A stretch of DNA of 64,000 nucleotides, from positions 17,734,001-17,798,000 of the forward strand of contig CM059432.1 of assembly GCA_030390025.1 (NCBI GenBank). The letters run 5' to 3'. This document shows positions 59,900 through 64,000 of this stretch, piece by piece (positions within the stretch are counted from its first letter, which is position 1; each line of letters starts with the position of its first letter). The notes beneath the pieces were generated by a model, which was given only the letters and a program-made list of their open reading frames with translations, was not told the origin of the DNA and ran no database searches. The translations under genes were made by a program, and so were the position numbers. The stretch is from Squalus acanthias (taxonomy: Eukaryota).

Positions 59900-62040
59900 A
59901 GTTGTTTATTCTCACATCCATGAGGCACTGTGGACCATCAGCAGCAGCAGAATTGTATTCCACCACAATCTGTAACCTCATGGCCCGGCATATCCCTCAC
60001 TCTACCATTACCATCAAGCCAGGGGACCAACCCTGGTTCAATGTGGAGTGTAGAAGAGCATGCCAGGAGCAGCACCAGGTGTACCTAAAAGTGCGGTGCC
60101 AACCTGGAGAAGCTGCAATACAGGACTACATGCATGCTAAACAACGGAAGCAGCATGCTATAGACAGAGCTAAGCGATTCCACAATCAACAGATCAGATC
60201 AAAGCTCTGCAGTCCTACCACATCCAGTCGTGAATAGTGGTGGACCATTAAACAACTAATGGGAGAAGGAGGCTCCATGAATATCCCCATCCTCAATGAT
60301 GGTGGAGCCCAGCACGTGAGTGCAAAAGACAAGGCTGAACCATCTTCAGCCAAAAGTGCCGAGTGGGTGATCCATATCGGCCTACTCCTGAGGTCCCCAC
60401 CACCACAGAAGCCAGTCTTCAGCCAATTCGACTCACTGCATGTGATATCAAGAAATGGCTGAGCGCACTGGATACAGCAAAGGCTATGGGCCCCGATAAC
60501 ATCCCGGCTATCATGCTGAAGACTTGTGCTCCAGAACTAGCCGCGCCTCTAGCCAAGCTGTTCCAGTACAGATACAACACTAGCATCTATCCGACAATGT
60601 GGAAAACTACCCAGGTATGTCCTGTCCCTTAAAAGCAGGACAAAATAAATCCGGCCGATTACCAGCCCATCAGTCTACTCCCAATCATCAGCAAAGTGAT
60701 GGAAGGTGTCATCGACAGTGCTATCAAGCAGTACTTACTCACCAATAACCTGCTCACTGATGCCCAGTTTGGGTTCCGCCAGGACCACTCATCTCCAGAC
60801 CTCATTACAGCCTTAGTCCAAACATAGACAAAAGAGCTGAATTCCAGAGATGAGGTAAGAGTGACTGCCCTTGACATCAAGGCAGCATTTGACCAATTGT
60901 GGCATCAAGGAGCCCTAGTAAAACTGAAGTCAATGGGAATCGGGGGGAAAACTCTCCACTGGCTGGAGTCATACCTAGCACAAAGGAAGATGGATGTGGT
61001 GGTTGAAAATCAATCATCACAGCCCCAGGACATCGCTGCAGGAGTTCCTCAGGGCTGTGTCCTAGGCTCAACCATCTTCAGCTGCTTCATCAATGACCTT
61101 CCCTCCATCATAAGGTCAGAAGTGGGGATGTTCGCTGACGACTGCACAGTGTTCAGTGCCATTCGCAACTCCTCAGATAATGAAGCAGTCCATGTCCACA
61201 TGCAGCAAGACCTGGATGATATTCAGGCTTGGGCTGATAAGTGGCAGGTAACATTCACGCCACACAAGTGCCAGGTAATGACTATCTCCAACAAGCGAGC
61301 ATCTAACTACCGCCCCTTGACATTCAACAGCATTACCATCGCCGAATCCCCCACCATCAATATCCTGGGGGGTCACCATTGACCAGAAATTTAACTGGAC
61401 CAGCCACATAAATACTGTGGCAACAAGAGCAGGTCAGAGGCTGGATATTCTGCGGCGAGTGTTTTGCCTCCTGACTCTCCAAAGCCTTTCCACCATCTAC
61501 AAGGCACAAGTAAGGAGTGTGATGGAATACTCTCCACTTGCCTGGATGACTGCAGCTCCAACAACACTCAGGAAGCTCGACACCATCCAGGACAAAGCAG
61601 CCCGCTTGATTGGCACCCCATCCACCACCTTAAACATTCACTCCCTCCACCACCAGCGTACCGTGGCTGCAGTGTGTACCATCTACAAGATGCACTGCAG
61701 CAATTCGCCAAGGCTTCTTCGGCAGCACCTCCCAAACTCGTGACCTCTTCCACCTAGAAGGACAAGGGCAGCAGGCGCATGGGAACACTACCACCTCCAA
61801 GTTCCCCTCCAAGTCACACATCATCCTGACTTAGAAGTATTTCGCCATTCCTTCATCGTCACTGGGTCAAAATCCTAGAACTCCCTACCTAACAGCACTG
61901 TGGGAGCACCTTCACCACACGGACTGCAGCGGTTCAAGAAGGCGGCTCACCATCGCCTTCTCAAGGGTAACTAGGGATGGGCAATAAATGCTGGCCTTGC
62001 CAGCGACGCCCACTTCCCATGAACGAATTTTAAAAAAAAC
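59900..62040 (+). mobile_element. CR1/L2-group LINE distinct from the dominant CR1 family, 2.1 kb of ORF2 with RT, degenerate; apparent partner of SINE family B
   Basis: KAMGPDNIPA, ALDIKAAFD, GVPQG..LG, MFADD, WADKWQVTF, YKAQVRSVMEYSPLAW; ends in gggatgggcaataaatgctggccttgccagcgacgcccac plus A-tail. Confidence 0.88.
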
Positions 62041-62609
62041 ATACCACCCCAAGTTTGAGACAATGGGGGCTATTGAGCATATTCCAGAACTGTTTGCATC
62101 TTTAACGTTAGAATGGCCTTCATTTAATGCACCTAGCAGGGGACTTAGCTAAACAGACAAGGTTGTTGCCATGGCTCTCCTACCGAAGAGGGAGGTTTCT
62201 TATTGAAGGTGGTAGCTTTGATTGGCAGCTCAGCAAGCAATGCTTGACACATAGGACCGTCTTCTAATTCTCTCTCTGGACAGAGTCTTGGGCACACTGT
62301 GCCTGGAACAGTCCCAGAGGTCTCAGCTTCTCTCCAGTCAGTATAGAATCATAGAATCATACAGATCAGAAGGAGGCCATTCGGACCATCGTGCCAGTGC
62401 CTGCTCTTTGAAACAGCCATCAATTCGTTCCACCCCACTCTGTTCTTAACCCTAACCACGCAGCCTGTAATAGGGAGATGTTAGTGGCAGTCAATTCAGG
62501 GAGTGAGTTTTCCCATAACACAGGGTATATTTCTATTATTTTGATGATAGGAAGAGTAGTAGGGAATTGACTGAATCTCTGTGTAAAATGATGTTCCGTC
62601 CATTCATAT

Positions 62610-63085
62610 CATCATCATCGGTCTGCCTGAGGCAGGTTCTGGCTCAATTCTTCCTTCTCTAAAGCACTTTGTCATGTGTCTCTCGCTTCAATGCTCCAAA
62701 CTATCTCCCATTCTTCAGGTGGTCCGGAGAAGCATCCTTCTTTTCCTTCCTCTCGGTCTTTTTCCTGCCATCCATCCTCTTAACACCTTTTTCAATGTCC
62801 CGTCCCCTCTCAGAACATGCCCAATCCAATTAATTTGCTGTTTTTCTGAAGTCAATCTAACTTAGTTTTATTCTGTATCATTACCTCCACCTCCTCCTCA
62901 TTAATTTCCTTATCTATCCACTTGAATTTCTCCCTGCATCTCTAAACCTACATCTCAAAGCCTGACCACCTCTTTCCTTGCAGCTGATAAGAGCTTTCTA
63001 ACGTGTCATCTTCCCCTCATCAGCAATACCTTCAGGCTGTGGACCTTAGGGCCGTGTCCTTTTTTGCCCTTCTTCTTCTTCTTCA
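62610..63085 (-). mobile_element. Old RTE LINE 3' fragment
   Basis: Minus strand LNWIGHVLRGDGTLKKVLRGWMAGKRPRGRKR and (gat)n tail. Confidence 0.7.
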
Positions 63086-64000
63086 TTCACAGAGAGAAGG
63101 AGCAATGCTTTACAAATAACATAATTATAAAACATATAGCATGCCACTTTTATTCTTGAAACTCTTTCGGAGCTGTACGGTTGTGTTCCCTCAGACCTAC
63201 CTAGGCACCTGAAGAAACCCAATGGTCAGCTTAACTGTGATCTTGATGAACTAAGTGCTTCATTGTACATATTCTTCTCTGCTGTTCCTGGATGCCCAAG
63301 TGGGGTCATCACCCTGGTTACAAAGGGTTGCCAAGTAATCACCCACTCACATGCCTCTGGACGAATAATTTCGAGATAGTGGACTGGAGAAGTTCAACGG
63401 CATTGTGGCACACATTCACATGAAGAATTATGCGGCTGTCATCACACGCCAGCTGAACATTGAGGGCGTGCAAACCTTTCAGTTGATACATTTCAGTGGG
63501 TGCTGAAATGGAGCCTTAATTGCCACATGTGTCCCACCTATGGTACCCTGGATCTGAGGAAATCCAACCATTCTGTGATATTAACTGTGAAACCTCCCTG
63601 AACGGCTTAAAGTGGTGGTGCCCCGCAGACTGACTAATGCGACTTAGGTCACCCACGGCAACCTGGAAAGTATCTGATGGCGTAAAAATTCAAATCAATG
63701 ATTACTTTTACAGCCACGGACAGGGCTGATTGAAAATAGGCTGCAATTTAGGGGTCAGCAGCTAGCTTAACTCAGGTATTGCATCAGGTGGGAAGCGTCT
63801 GAGAAGTCAAGGAATAAACTCTCACGTTAGGCCCCCTATTTGCATATGCAAAGAGCTTAACGCCTGTTTCAGGCACAGGCCCTGGACGCCTATACTTCAT
63901 CCTTTACCCATATGACAGGTGGCGCAGAATGTGCGCACGCATGTCGCCCGCCATATTGGATATCGAGCCACCTATTTTACGCCTGTAAAACGGGCGCTGT

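Noticed and set aside
63006..63086. Minus-strand basic mini-ORF MKKKKKGKKGHGPKVHSLKVLLMRGR as a third protamine or first TRPN1 exon
   Set aside because: It is contiguous with the decayed RTE fragment, the Lys run is a (ctt)n microsatellite, and it lacks the protamine promoter module.

Overview
Eukaryotic, repeat-dense vertebrate genomic DNA, almost certainly from a shark or other elasmobranch (judged from the CR1, DeuSINE and Penelope repeat types and the scylliorhinine-type protamines). The minus strand carries nine coding exons (4031-42219, all GT-AG, all phase 0, 341 aa spliced) of the ankyrin-repeat region of the mechanosensitive channel TRPN1/NompC. The gene runs off both ends of the window. 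The main discovery is absent from the ORF track because the ORFs are under 60 aa: two intact, intronless, plus-strand Cys/Arg-rich protamine genes, Z1-like (51351-51506) and Z2-like (56496-56639). They lie antisense within what appears to be a >21 kb TRPN1 intron. They share a colinear promoter (two CArG-type boxes, CRE-like half-sites, TATA) and similar 3' UTR/poly(A) contexts. The rest is nested transposable elements: CR1, L2, RTE and Vingi LINEs, two tRNA-SINE families, PIF/Harbinger relics and MITEs, and Penelope-like pieces carrying minimal hammerhead ribozymes. Two LINE insertions have twin-priming-type 5' inversions. Protein and repeat-family assignments come from recalled consensus sequences, not database searches. 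TE boundaries are approximate unless a target-site duplication (TSD) is quoted.
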